64,000 bases of DNA, taken from NCBI GenBank assembly GCA_963723975.1, contig CAVRTI010000006.1:4259-68258 (forward strand), written 5' to 3'. This DNA comes from an uncultured Actinomycetota bacterium. Lineage in GTDB: Bacteria; Actinomycetota; Actinomycetes; JACCUZ01. The translations under genes and the position numbers were made by a program. The notes under the pieces are model-generated. The model searched no databases and was not told where the DNA came from. It saw only the letters and a list, made by a program, of their open reading frames with translations. Of this stretch, positions 41,283 to 52,734 are shown piece after piece (the first letter of the stretch is position 1; every line of letters begins with the position of its first letter).

Positions 41283-41822
41283 TCATCCGGCTTGGTCGGG
41301 ACCCTGCGCGCGCACCCGCTCGACCTGCTCCATCGCCGACCGCAGCTCGCCGAGCCATTCCTCGGCGTTGCGACCGACCAGCCGCACCGACCAGGCCAGC
41401 GCCTCGGACCGCGACCGCGCGACGCCGGCCGCGACCAGGGTGTCGAGCACCATGCGCTCCGGCTGCCGCAGCCGGGTCATCACCGGCACGGCCAGGTGGG
41501 TGAACAGCGCCCGGCGCCCGTCGACCTCGACGCCCCAGGCGACCTTGCGGTCGAACCGGTGCTCGGCCTCGCGGGCGATCGCCATCCGCTGCTCGCGGGT
41601 GTCCTCGCGGAAGCTGCGGGCCCGCCCGTCGGCGGCGGCGGCTCGCTCGGCGTCCGAGGCGTCCGCGGCCACCTCGGGAGCAGGCAGGGTGCCGACCACG
41701 GTGATCTCCTCGCGGTCGACCCGGACCTCGGCGGGTCCGGTGAACCAGTCCTGCGGCAGGCGGCCGGTGAACCAGCCGCGCACCGTCCCCGTGGTCTCGT
41801 CCACGTTCTCGTTCTGCGTCAT
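41283..41822 (-). CDS. Conserved hypothetical protein (179 aa)
   Basis: Intact ORF with high GC3. The C-terminal part (RLRQPERMVLDTLVAAGVARSRSEALAWSVRLV) looks like a ribbon-helix-helix-type DNA-binding segment. No family name recalled. Confidence 0.65.
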   Translation of the reverse strand: MTQNENVDETTGTVRGWFTGRLPQDWFTGPAEVRVDREEITVVGTLPAPEVAADASDAERAAAADGRARSFREDTREQRMAIAREAEHRFDRKVAWGVEVDGRRALFTHLAVPVMTRLRQPERMVLDTLVAAGVARSRSEALAWSVRLVGRNAEEWLGELRSAMEQVERVRAQGPDQAG

Positions 41823-42019
41823 GCAACGATGATTACAGGATTACAGAGCAATGCCAAGGCCTGTTCACCGTGGGCGGACCGGCAAGCGGCGTAGACCCAT
41901 CGCTCCGCCCGTGGTCGCTCTGACTCCTGGACGCCAACGTGGCGTGAGAGGCCCGAGCGGCGTCCTTCTCGCCACCCGGACATCACCCGCCCCGTTCGTG
42001 TCCCTGGGTCAGATCTGCG

Positions 42020-44047
<2,028 letters not shown>

Positions 44048-44075
44048 CTCCCCATCTTGCCCGGCTAGCCGGTGC

Positions 44076-45200
44076 CTACACCTCGCGGCGGATCGCCCGG
44101 GCGATCCGTCTGGCGTCGATCGCCAGCTCGCGGAACATGCCGCTGATCGGGTTGGTGTAGCCGGTGAACCACATGCCGGGTGCGGCCGGGTCGGTCCGCG
44201 CGCCGGTGACCCGGGGACCTCCCGCGGGGTCCAGCACGCCGAGGTGGCCGACGAGCGGCTCCAGCCCGCGGCGGTACCCGGCGGCCACGATGACGGCGTC
44301 CGGCGAGACCCGGTCACCGTCGGCGAGCACGACGTCCCGGCCGTCCAGGTCGACCACCGCCGCGACCACCTCGACCTGCTGCCGGCGTACGGCGTCGATG
44401 AGACCCACGTCGATGATCGGGATGGCGCCGTCGCGGACGATGCGGGTGTAGACCCCCACCTCGGGTCGGGGCAGGCCGAGCCCCGCCAGGTCCGGCACGG
44501 TGGCCCGCTGCACCACCCGGATCATCCGGTCGACCACCGGCGGCGGGACATGCCGCAGCAGCACGCTGACCGCCTGGGAGGGCAGGCCGCCGACCTCCCG
44601 GCGCACGATGTTCGGCGGGGTGCGCACCGCGAGCCGGACCTTCCGGGCGCCGCCCTCGACCAGGTCGACGGCGATCTCGGCACCGGTGTTGCCCGCCCCG
44701 ACGACGAGCACGTCGCGACCCGCGTAGGGGACGGCGTTGCGATAGGTCGATGCGTGCAGCAGCTGTCCCGAGAAGCCGTCCCGGCCTGGCCAGTCGGGCA
44801 GCACCGGGGTGTGGTTGTACCCGGTCGCGACCACCACCTGGTCGGCCGGCAGGTCACCGCGGTCGGTCCGCACCAGCCAGCCGGTGCCGGCCCGGTCCAG
44901 CAGCCGGACCTCGGTGCCCAGCCGGGTCCTGAGGTGGTGGTGGGCCGCGTACCGCTCGAGGTAGTCGACGACGTCGTCCCGGGCGACATATCGCCCGAAT
45001 CTACGCGGCATGCGGAGACCGGGCAGCTGGGACAGCTGCCGCGCGGTGTGCAGGTGCAGCCGGTCGTAGTGCCCTCGCCAGCTGGCGCCGACGGTGTCCG
45101 CACGGTCGACGACCAGCGGGTCGACCCCGTGTCGGCGCAGCTCGGCCGCCACCGAGAGCCCCGCGGGGCCCGCACCCAGCACGACGACGCGCTCGCGCAC
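44076..45200 (-). CDS. Flavin-containing monooxygenase-like NAD(P)/FAD-dependent oxidoreductase
   Basis: Two dinucleotide folds, [12 protein letters not shown] and [14 protein letters not shown]. Intact 374 aa. Confidence 0.85.
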   Translation of the reverse strand: MRERVVVLGAGPAGLSVAAELRRHGVDPLVVDRADTVGASWRGHYDRLHLHTARQLSQLPGLRMPRRFGRYVARDDVVDYLERYAAHHHLRTRLGTEVRLLDRAGTGWLVRTDRGDLPADQVVVATGYNHTPVLPDWPGRDGFSGQLLHASTYRNAVPYAGRDVLVVGAGNTGAEIAVDLVEGGARKVRLAVRTPPNIVRREVGGLPSQAVSVLLRHVPPPVVDRMIRVVQRATVPDLAGLGLPRPEVGVYTRIVRDGAIPIIDVGLIDAVRRQQVEVVAAVVDLDGRDVVLADGDRVSPDAVIVAAGYRRGLEPLVGHLGVLDPAGGPRVTGARTDPAAPGMWFTGYTNPISGMFRELAIDARRIARAIRREV

Positions 45201-45581
45201 CTGCCCGCCTCTCCGGCCCGGACGGCCGATCCGGACCGATCATGGCCTGGCCTCCGACGGCCCGCACTACCCACCGGGGGGATCAAGTCCGGCGACCACG
45301 CGCCGATAGGGAACGGGACGCCCGGAGGCGGGCCAGCGGCAGAGGGGTGCGACGAATGGGTGGCAGGGGTCCGGCAGCGCCGTTCCAGGGTGCGCTGATC
45401 GGCGGAGCAGCTCTGCTCACCGCCATCTACCTCGTCACGCCCTCGACCGCTGCTCCGCTCGAGCCTGTGGGCCGTCCTCGCCGTCCTGGCCGCGGTTGCC
45501 GTCGTCCTCGTCACGCACCGCACCCAGGCCCGGGACCGCCTCCCCGGCTGGCTGCTGGCCGCCGGCATCGCCCTGCTCGGC

Positions 45582-48512
45582 GTGGGCTACGCCGTCTCGG
45601 TGGCCGGGCCGGAAGGCCCGTCGTTCGCCGACCCTCCTCGCCTGCTCGCCTACGCGGTTCTTGCGGGAGCGGTGACCGCCTTCCAGCGCGACCGGATCCG
45701 GCACGACCGCGACAGCCTGCTCGACGCCCTGGTCGTGACGGTGGCGGCGGCGCAGGCCGGCTGGATGGTGGTGATCGACCCGCTGGTCCGCGACACCGAC
45801 ACCGACCCGCTCACCACGCTCACCACTGGCGCCTACCCGCTCGGCCACCTGCTGGTCCTCGCCGTCGCGACCCGGCTCGGCTTCGCCGTGGTGGGCACGG
45901 CCGACGCCGCGGCCCGGTTCGTGCTGGCTGCGCTCTTCACCGGGGTCGCGTCCGGGCTCGCGGCCGAGATCACCGACCGGCCGGAGCTGGCGGCCGGCTG
46001 GTTCGTCGCCTTCGCCTTCGTCGTCCTCGCCGCCATGGACCCGGCCATGGCGCATCCCCGACCCGTCACCGGGAGCGCCCGGCTGACCTCGGCCTGGCGC
46101 TTCGTCGTGCTGCTCGGGCTCGCCTGCCTGGTCTCGCCGGTGCTGGTCGTGACCCATCCCTTGGGCGACGGCGTGTCCGCCGCGGTGGTCGTGCTGGGCA
46201 GCGCCGTGATGCTCTTCGTTCTCGCGCAGCTGCGCATCGTCAGCCTCCTCGGCAGGCTGCGCCGCACCCTGCACCGCGAGCAGGTGCTGCGCACCGCCAC
46301 CGGACCCCTCGTCGGGGCGGCCGACCGGGGCGGGGTCCGCGATGCGGCGCTCGCCGCCGCGATCGACCTGCTGGACCAGACCGGTAGCCGCTCCTGGCGG
46401 GTCGACGGCGACCCCGGGGGCACGGTGGCGCAGGCCACCGAGGACGCCGACCTGGCGACCTTCCTGGACGCCGCGGAGCTCACGCTCTTCCCCGAGCACG
46501 AGCAGGGGATCGACGTCCTGGCCGGCCCCTCGCTGCTGCACGCCACGCTGGGCGTGCCCTCGACCTGGTCCCTCGTGCTGGTCGCCCTTCCGGCCCGCGG
46601 GCAAGCACGCGAAGGCGCGGTGATCGCGGTCGAGCAGCCGCCCTCACCGCGCACGGTGTCCGCACTGCAGTCGCTGGCTTCGACGATGCACCTGGCGCTG
46701 GAGCGCCTCGACGTCGGCGAGATCATGGTCGAGCGCCGTGCGGAACGACGGCTCCGGCTGATGCTGCAGTACGCCTCCGACGTGATCTGCATCCTCGACC
46801 ACGACCTGACGATCGTGCACGTGACCCCCGCGGTCGAACCGATCGTCGGCCTGCCGGCTCCGGAGCTGCTCGGCATGAACTGGCTCGAGATCATCAGCGG
46901 CGTCGACCGCGAGGCCGCACGCGACCTGGTCAGCCTCGCCCAGGGCGGCCGGCCGGCCCGCGGCGAGATCCGCCTGGACAGCGAGGACGGCAGCATCCGG
47001 CACGTGGACGCCGTCGTCACCGAGGTCATCGACGAGGACCTGATGGGTTTCGTCGTCACCTGCCACGACATCACCGATCGGCACCAGCTCGAGGAGCAGC
47101 TCACCCACCAGGCCTTCCACGACGCACTCACCGGGCTCGCGAACCGGGCGCTGTTCCGCGACCGGCTCGGCCACGCGATGGCCCGGGCCCGAGGCACCGG
47201 CGGCTATGGCGTGCTGTTCATCGACCTGGACGACTTCAAGACGGTCAACGACAGCCTCGGCCACGCGGCCGGCGACGAGCTGCTCCGCGAGATGACCGGC
47301 CGGCTGCGGCTCTGCCTGCGGGACGGCGACACCGCCGCGCGGCTCGGTGGCGACGAGTTCGCGATCCTGCTCGAGGACGTCGACGGTGACGACCACTGCA
47401 CCGACATCGCCCGCCGCCTGCTCGAGGCTCTGTCCCAGCCGTTCGAGATCGGCGGCACCGAGGTCACCACGGGAGCGAGCATCGGCATCGCGGTCGGCCA
47501 GGCCGGGCCTGCATCGCCCGAGGACCTGATGCGCAATGCCGACCTCGCCCTGTACGACGCGAAGAACGCCGGCAAGAACCGGTTCGCCGTGTTCGCGCCC
47601 ACCATGCACGAGGCCGCCCTGGCCCGGCTGTCGATGACCAGCGACCTGCGGCACGCCATCGAGCGCGGCGAGCTCGTCGTGTTCTACCAGCCGCTGGTCG
47701 ACCTCGCGTCGGAGAAGATCATCGGGCTGGAGGCTCTGGTCCGCTGGGAGCACCCCACCCTCGGCATGCTGCTGCCCGGCCAGTTCATCTCCCTCGCCGA
47801 GGAGACCGGGCTGATCGTGCCGCTCGGCCGGATGGTCCTGCACACCGCGCTGCGGGACACCGTCCACTGGCAGCGCGACCACGACACCCACAGCGAGCTG
47901 CACATCGCGGTGAACGTCAGCGGCCGGCAACTCCAGGACCCGGGCATCGTCGAGGACGTCCGCCTCGCTATCCGGGCCAGCGGTATCGAGCCCTCGACGG
48001 TCGTCCTGGAGATCACCGAGAGCGTCCTGCTGCCCGGCGACGGCGTCATCGTCGAGCGACTGCACGCGCTGGCCGCTCTCGGCGTGCATCTCTACATCGA
48101 CGACTTCGGCACCGGGTACTCGTCGCTGTCCTACCTGCAGATGCTGCCGGTCGACGGGCTGAAGCTGGCCCAGGAGTTCGTGGAGCAGCTGCCGGGCACC
48201 GACAGCGAGTCCGGACTGGTCCGCACGATCCGGGACCTGGCCGGCACTCTCGGGCTGGCGGCGGTCGTCGCGGAGGGCATCGAGCGGCCCGAGCAGTGGC
48301 GTTCGCTGCTGTCGCTGGGCTACAGCGTCGGCCAGGGGTTCCACCTCGCAGTGCCGATGCCGGCCGAGCGGATCCCGACGTTCCTGTCCGGCCTGGAACG
48401 CCCCGGCGACGGCGGCTGGGAGCGCTCGGTCGAGCGGGCTGCGAAGGATGCTCAAGACCGGTCGGCCGCGCACGCGCTGTCGGCCGCGCAGGAGGACTCA
48501 GCCGTCCGCTGA
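45582..48512 (+). CDS. Membrane-anchored PAS-GGDEF-EAL cyclic-di-GMP protein
   Basis: Multiple N-terminal helices, a PAS region, RLGGDEFAIL (GGDEF) and EALVRWEHP...DDFGTGYSSLSYL (EAL). The frame is open upstream with helix-like sequence but no start codon. A +1 shift near 45450 would link it to the ATG at 45356 (MGGRGPAAPFQGALIGGAALLTAIYLV). Confidence 0.9.
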   Translation: MGYAVSVAGPEGPSFADPPRLLAYAVLAGAVTAFQRDRIRHDRDSLLDALVVTVAAAQAGWMVVIDPLVRDTDTDPLTTLTTGAYPLGHLLVLAVATRLGFAVVGTADAAARFVLAALFTGVASGLAAEITDRPELAAGWFVAFAFVVLAAMDPAMAHPRPVTGSARLTSAWRFVVLLGLACLVSPVLVVTHPLGDGVSAAVVVLGSAVMLFVLAQLRIVSLLGRLRRTLHREQVLRTATGPLVGAADRGGVRDAALAAAIDLLDQTGSRSWRVDGDPGGTVAQATEDADLATFLDAAELTLFPEHEQGIDVLAGPSLLHATLGVPSTWSLVLVALPARGQAREGAVIAVEQPPSPRTVSALQSLASTMHLALERLDVGEIMVERRAERRLRLMLQYASDVICILDHDLTIVHVTPAVEPIVGLPAPELLGMNWLEIISGVDREAARDLVSLAQGGRPARGEIRLDSEDGSIRHVDAVVTEVIDEDLMGFVVTCHDITDRHQLEEQLTHQAFHDALTGLANRALFRDRLGHAMARARGTGGYGVLFIDLDDFKTVNDSLGHAAGDELLREMTGRLRLCLRDGDTAARLGGDEFAILLEDVDGDDHCTDIARRLLEALSQPFEIGGTEVTTGASIGIAVGQAGPASPEDLMRNADLALYDAKNAGKNRFAVFAPTMHEAALARLSMTSDLRHAIERGELVVFYQPLVDLASEKIIGLEALVRWEHPTLGMLLPGQFISLAEETGLIVPLGRMVLHTALRDTVHWQRDHDTHSELHIAVNVSGRQLQDPGIVEDVRLAIRASGIEPSTVVLEITESVLLPGDGVIVERLHALAALGVHLYIDDFGTGYSSLSYLQMLPVDGLKLAQEFVEQLPGTDSESGLVRTIRDLAGTLGLAAVVAEGIERPEQWRSLLSLGYSVGQGFHLAVPMPAERIPTFLSGLERPGDGGWERSVERAAKDAQDRSAAHALSAAQEDSAVR

Positions 48513-48740
48513 GCCGCGGTCCTCGCGGGTGGTGCCGTCGGGCGGGTCCTGCCCGGCGGGCGGCTCGTCGTCCGGCAGGTCGATCTTCTTGATCTGGCGG
48601 TTCATCGACCGGATCAGCAGCCAGGTGGCCACGCCGAGCGACGCGACCACGAGGAACCCGATCACCCCCGGGTTCACACCGTTGTCCTCGACCGCCCGCA
48701 GCACCAGCAGGCTCCACCGGCCAGGAACGAGGGCGGTCAT
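48498..48740 (-). CDS. Small membrane protein translationally coupled to mca
   Basis: MTALVPGRWSLLVLRAVEDNGVNPGVIGFLVVASLGVATWLLIRSMNRQIKKIDLPDDEPP. ATGA overlap with the mca stop. The position matches Rv1083. Confidence 0.6.
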   Translation of the reverse strand: MTALVPGRWSLLVLRAVEDNGVNPGVIGFLVVASLGVATWLLIRSMNRQIKKIDLPDDEPPAGQDPPDGTTREDRGSADG

Positions 48741-49615
48741 CGTGCCGCCGCGGTTCCGCGGATGCCGGCGAACAGGTCGTCCTCGGGAGTCGGGGCCTGC
48801 ACCGTGGAACGTGCCAGCTCGAAGTCCTCGGTCGGCCACACCGCACGCTGGATCTCGAGCGGGCAGTGGAACCACGGCCCGTCGGGGTCGACCTGGGTGG
48901 CGTGCGCGAGCAGCGCCCGGTCGCGGACCTCGAAGTAGTCACCGCACGGGACGTGCGTGGTGATGTTGCGCTCCTCGCGGTCCTCCCAGTTCTTCAGCCA
49001 CTCGCCGTACGGCGACTCGAGCCCTCGCGCGAGCATCGCCTCGTGCAGCGCGGTGGTCCGTGCCTTGGTGAACGTCTGGTTGTAGTAGAGCTTCAGCGGC
49101 TGCCAGGGCTCGCCGGCCTGCGGGTAGCGCGCCGGGTCGCTGGCGGCGTCGAACGCGTGCACGGCGATCTTGTGGCACATGATGTGGTCGGGGTGCGGGT
49201 AGCCGCCGTTCTCGTCGTACGTCGTCATGACGTGCGGCCGGAACGACCGGACCAGGCGGACCAGCGGCTCGGCGGCGACCTCGACGTCCATCAGACCGAA
49301 GCAGCCCTCGGGCAGCGGGGGCAGCGGCTCGCCCTCGGGGAGCCCGGAGTCGACCCAGCCGAGCCAGTCCTGGCGAACGCCGAGGATCTCGCGGGCGCTG
49401 TCCATCTCCTTGCGCCGGACATCGGCCAGGTTGGCGAGCACGTCCTCGTCGTGCGCCAGCTTGGGATTGAGGATCGAGCCGCGCTCCCCCCCGGTGCAGG
49501 TCACGACGTGCACGTCGACGCCTTCGGCGACGTACCTGGCCATCGTCGCGGCACCCTTGCTCGACTCGTCGTCGGGATGCGCGTGGACCGCCATCAACCT
49601 CAACTGCTCGCTCAC
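48737..49615 (-). CDS. mca: Mycothiol S-conjugate amidase
   Basis: GTG start, VSEQLRLMAVHAHPDDES zinc motif, TYDENGGYPHPDHI. 292 aa, full length. Confidence 0.92.
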   Translation of the reverse strand: MSEQLRLMAVHAHPDDESSKGAATMARYVAEGVDVHVVTCTGGERGSILNPKLAHDEDVLANLADVRRKEMDSAREILGVRQDWLGWVDSGLPEGEPLPPLPEGCFGLMDVEVAAEPLVRLVRSFRPHVMTTYDENGGYPHPDHIMCHKIAVHAFDAASDPARYPQAGEPWQPLKLYYNQTFTKARTTALHEAMLARGLESPYGEWLKNWEDREERNITTHVPCGDYFEVRDRALLAHATQVDPDGPWFHCPLEIQRAVWPTEDFELARSTVQAPTPEDDLFAGIRGTAAAR

Positions 49616-49665
49616 GGGACAATCATTCCGCACGAGTCCGGCACCCCACGTCAACAGGTACCCAG

Positions 49666-50064
49666 GTGACCTCGCAGACCTCCCCGACCTCCGGCCGCTA
49701 CGGCGCCGCACCGAGACGCCCGAGACCGGGCCTCGTGGCGGCCCTGGTGGTGCTCGCTGCCGCGTTCCTCGGCTGGGTGGTGTGGGCTGCGCTCGCCGCG
49801 TCGGCACCCGGAGCCACCGGACAGGTGACCGGCTTCCGGGTGCGCGGCCCGCACGCCCTGGCGGTCGACGTGACCATGGGGGGCGACCGGGGGCCGGTCA
49901 GCTGCACGATCCGGGCGCTGGACGCCACCCGGGACGTGGTGGGGGTCACCACGGCCCGGGCCCGGGTGGGATCCTCCGGGCGGGTGGAGACCCGCGTCGT
50001 GGTCCGGACCCGGGCGAGGGCCGTCGCGGCCGAGGTCAGCGGCTGCACATCAGGCGCAAAGTAG
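49666..50064 (+). CDS. DUF4307-family membrane-anchored protein
   Basis: GTG start, one helix LVAALVVLAAAFLGWVVWAALA, then a beta-rich domain. Conserved position between mca and greA. Confidence 0.7.
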   Translation: MTSQTSPTSGRYGAAPRRPRPGLVAALVVLAAAFLGWVVWAALAASAPGATGQVTGFRVRGPHALAVDVTMGGDRGPVSCTIRALDATRDVVGVTTARARVGSSGRVETRVVVRTRARAVAAEVSGCTSGAK

Positions 50065-50157
50065 ACGTGACCCACCCTGCCGTTGTTAGCCTCGAAGTCT
50101 TCACCCGCGACACCGGTGGCCCGGTGCATGATCCTCGACGCCTGAAAGGAGCCTGCC

Positions 50158-50646
50158 GTGACCGACACTCAGAACGTCACCTGGTTGACCCAGGAGGCCT
50201 ACGACCGGCTCAAGGAGGAGCTCGACTTCCTCTCCGGTGAGGGCCGCGCCGAGATCGTCAAGCGCATCGAGGCCGCCCGCGAGGAGGGCGACCTCCGCGA
50301 GAACGGCGGCTACCACGCCGCGAAGGACGAGCAGGGCAAGCGCGAGGCACGGATCCGCCAGCTGCAGCAGCTGCTGGACTCCGCCCAGGTCGGCGAGGCC
50401 CCGAAGGCGCCCTCGGGTGTCGTCGCGCCCGGCACCGTCGTGACCGCCAAGGTGGGCGGCGAGACCATGCGCTTCCTGCTCGGCTCCCGCGAGGTCGCCG
50501 GCGACGGCATCGAGGTCTACTCCGAGAAGTCGCCGATGGGCGCCGCGATCAACGGCAAGCACAAGGGCGAGAAGGCGACCTTCGCCGCGCCGAACGGGAC
50601 CAAGGTCGACGTCGAGATCGTCGACACCGAGCCGTTCGCCAGCTGA
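50158..50646 (+). CDS. greA: Transcription elongation factor GreA
   Basis: AAAGGAG upstream. WLTQEAYDRLKEELDFLSGEGRAEIVKRIEAAREEGDLRENGGYHAAKDEQ is the GreA coiled-coil signature. Confidence 0.95.
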   Translation: MTDTQNVTWLTQEAYDRLKEELDFLSGEGRAEIVKRIEAAREEGDLRENGGYHAAKDEQGKREARIRQLQQLLDSAQVGEAPKAPSGVVAPGTVVTAKVGGETMRFLLGSREVAGDGIEVYSEKSPMGAAINGKHKGEKATFAAPNGTKVDVEIVDTEPFAS

Positions 50647-50669
50647 CCGTCAGCTGCCGATCGGCCAAA

Positions 50670-50718
50670 GATCGTGAGGGGATCCGGCCGTCGACGACTG
50701 CCGGATCCCCTCACGATC
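50670..50718. terminator. Bidirectional terminator, 19-bp perfect stem
   Basis: GATCGTGAGGGGATCCGGC-N11-GCCGGATCCCCTCACGATC between convergent greA and the ABC-2 operon. The right arm covers the last codons of the permease gene. Confidence 0.75.
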
Positions 50719-51532
50719 TTCCTGCTAGCGGTCGGCTGGCGGCCTTGCGGTACTGCCGCACCGACAGCGGGATGAACACCGCGAGGATCAGCGCCACCCA
50801 GATCAGCGAGTACGGCACCGGGTGCTGCATCGGCCACACGTCGGCCGGAGGCAGCTTAGGGCTGGTGTTGCCGAACGCCTCCCGGGCTGCCTGGGTCACC
50901 GACGACACCGGGTTCCAGTTGGCGAAGGTCCTCAGCGGACCCGGCAACGTGCTCGAGGGCACGAACGTGTTCGCGATGAAGGTCACCGGGAAGATGACGA
51001 TGAACGCCGCGTTGTTGACGATCTCGGGTGTGCGCACCAGCAGTCCGACCCAGGCCATCACCCACGAGACCGCGTAGGCGAACAGCAGCAGCACCACGAA
51101 CCCGAGGACGGCGTCGAGGAACGACGTCCGGATCCGCCAGCCGACGATCAGGCCGGCGATCGCCATCACGAACAGGCTGATGATGTTGATGGCGACGTCG
51201 CTGAGCGTGCGTCCGAACAGCACCGCTGACGGCGCCATGGGCAGCGACCGGAACCGGTCGATGATGCCCTTCTGCAAATCCTCGGCCAGGCTGTACCCGG
51301 TGAACGTCGAGCCGAAGACGACGGTCTGCGCGAAGATCCCCGCGATGAGGAACTCCTTGTAGCCGACACCGGGCACGTCGATCGCCCCACCGAACACATA
51401 GGCGAACAGCAGCACGAACATGATCGGCGACAGGGTGGTGAAGACCAGCAGGTCGGGGACCCGCTTGATCTTGATCAGGTTGCGCTTGGTGATGACCGCC
51501 GAGTCGGTGACGGCTTCGGTGAGGGCACTCAT
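50711..51532 (-). CDS. ABC-2 type transporter permease (DrrB-like)
   Basis: Six-helix ABC-2 permease, intact 273 aa. 4-nt overlap with the ATPase gene. Confidence 0.88.
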   Translation of the reverse strand: MSALTEAVTDSAVITKRNLIKIKRVPDLLVFTTLSPIMFVLLFAYVFGGAIDVPGVGYKEFLIAGIFAQTVVFGSTFTGYSLAEDLQKGIIDRFRSLPMAPSAVLFGRTLSDVAINIISLFVMAIAGLIVGWRIRTSFLDAVLGFVVLLLFAYAVSWVMAWVGLLVRTPEIVNNAAFIVIFPVTFIANTFVPSSTLPGPLRTFANWNPVSSVTQAAREAFGNTSPKLPPADVWPMQHPVPYSLIWVALILAVFIPLSVRQYRKAASRPLAGRS

Positions 51533-52566
51533 CGTGCGGCCACCTCCTTGTCCTGGTCGTCGCTGCGATCTCTCGCCGGCGGGATGTCCGGCCGGTCAGC
51601 GGTTTGGTCGTCGCCGCTCTCCGTCTGCTCGGCCGCGTGCCCAGTGAGACTGAGGAAGACGTCGTCCAGCGTCGGCCGACGCAGCCCGACGTCCTGGACA
51701 GTGACCCCAGCGGCGTCGAGCTCGCGGATCGCCGCGACCAGCACCGCCGAGCCACCGTCGACCGGCAGGGTGACCCGGCGCCCGTCGCGGTCGACCTGTG
51801 CCGCACCGGTGCCGAGCCGGGACAGCGCCCCGCGTGCGGCCGCGCCCTGGGCCGGGTCGGCCAGGGTGAACTCGAGCCGCTCACCGCCCACCTCGGCCTT
51901 GAGCTCGTCCGAGGTGCCCTCGGCGATCACCCGGCCGTGGTCGATGACGGCGATCCGGTCAGCGAGCTGGTCGGCCTCCTCGAGGTACTGCGTGGTGAGC
52001 AGCAGCGTGGTGCCGCCGCGCACCAGGTCGGCGATGACGTCCCACATGCCGAGCCGGCCACGCGGGTCGAGCCCGGTGGTCGGCTCGTCGAGGAACAGCA
52101 CCGGCGGCTCGGCCACCAGCGCAGCGGCGAGGTCCAGCCGGCGTCGCATGCCACCGGAGTAGCCCTTGGCCGGGCGGCCACCGGCCTCGACCAGGTCGAA
52201 CCGCTCGAGCAGCTCGTGCGCGCGCTCGCGGCTGCGGACCCGGCCCAGGTGGTAGAGCCGGCCGACCATGTCCAGGTTCTCGAAGCCGGTCAGGTGCTCG
52301 TCGACCGCGGCGTTCTGGCCGGACAGGCCGATGATCCGGCGCAGCTGCCGGGCCTCCCGGACGACGTCCAGCCCGTTGACGGTGGCCCGCCCCGAGTCCG
52401 GCTCGAGCAGAGTCGTCAGGATCCGGACGGTGGTGGTCTTGCCGGCGCCGTTCGGGCCGAGCAGGCCCAGCACGGTGCCCTCCTCGACCGTGAGGTCCAG
52501 GCCGTCCAGCGCCGTTACGTCGCCGTACGTCTTGATCAGGCCCTCGGCCACGATCGCGTTCGTCAT
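51529..52566 (-). CDS. ABC transporter ATP-binding protein (DrrA-like)
   Basis: Start MTNAIVAEGLIKTYG. GPNGAGKTTT, YSGGMRRRLDLAAAL and LFLDEPTTGLD. C-terminal DrrA-type extension. Confidence 0.92.
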   Translation of the reverse strand: MTNAIVAEGLIKTYGDVTALDGLDLTVEEGTVLGLLGPNGAGKTTTVRILTTLLEPDSGRATVNGLDVVREARQLRRIIGLSGQNAAVDEHLTGFENLDMVGRLYHLGRVRSRERAHELLERFDLVEAGGRPAKGYSGGMRRRLDLAAALVAEPPVLFLDEPTTGLDPRGRLGMWDVIADLVRGGTTLLLTTQYLEEADQLADRIAVIDHGRVIAEGTSDELKAEVGGERLEFTLADPAQGAAARGALSRLGTGAAQVDRDGRRVTLPVDGGSAVLVAAIRELDAAGVTVQDVGLRRPTLDDVFLSLTGHAAEQTESGDDQTADRPDIPPARDRSDDQDKEVAAR

Positions 52567-52669
52567 CCGGTGCTCCTCGGTTGGTGCTGGCTTGCGTCTG
52601 TCGATCCTTGTCCACACCTCTGACACCGGGTGAGCCGGTTTCTCATCGCTGTGGTCGGTCCTGAGTCAA

Positions 52670-52704
52670 CGCGATGTATCGCGTCTTAGGCACGATACAT
52701 CGCG
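52670..52704 (-). terminator. 12-bp perfect inverted repeat after ilvA (terminator or operator)
   Basis: CGCGATGTATCG-N11-CGATACATCGCG, 31 nt downstream of the ilvA stop and about 100 nt upstream of the ABC-2 operon start. Confidence 0.45.
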
Positions 52705-52734
52705 AGATGCCGCTGTCAAACGCCGGGCACGATG

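Noticed and set aside
41831-41846. GATTACAG GATTACAG as a possible repeat array or CRISPR
   Set aside because: Only two 8-nt copies with no spacers. Treated as promoter-associated.
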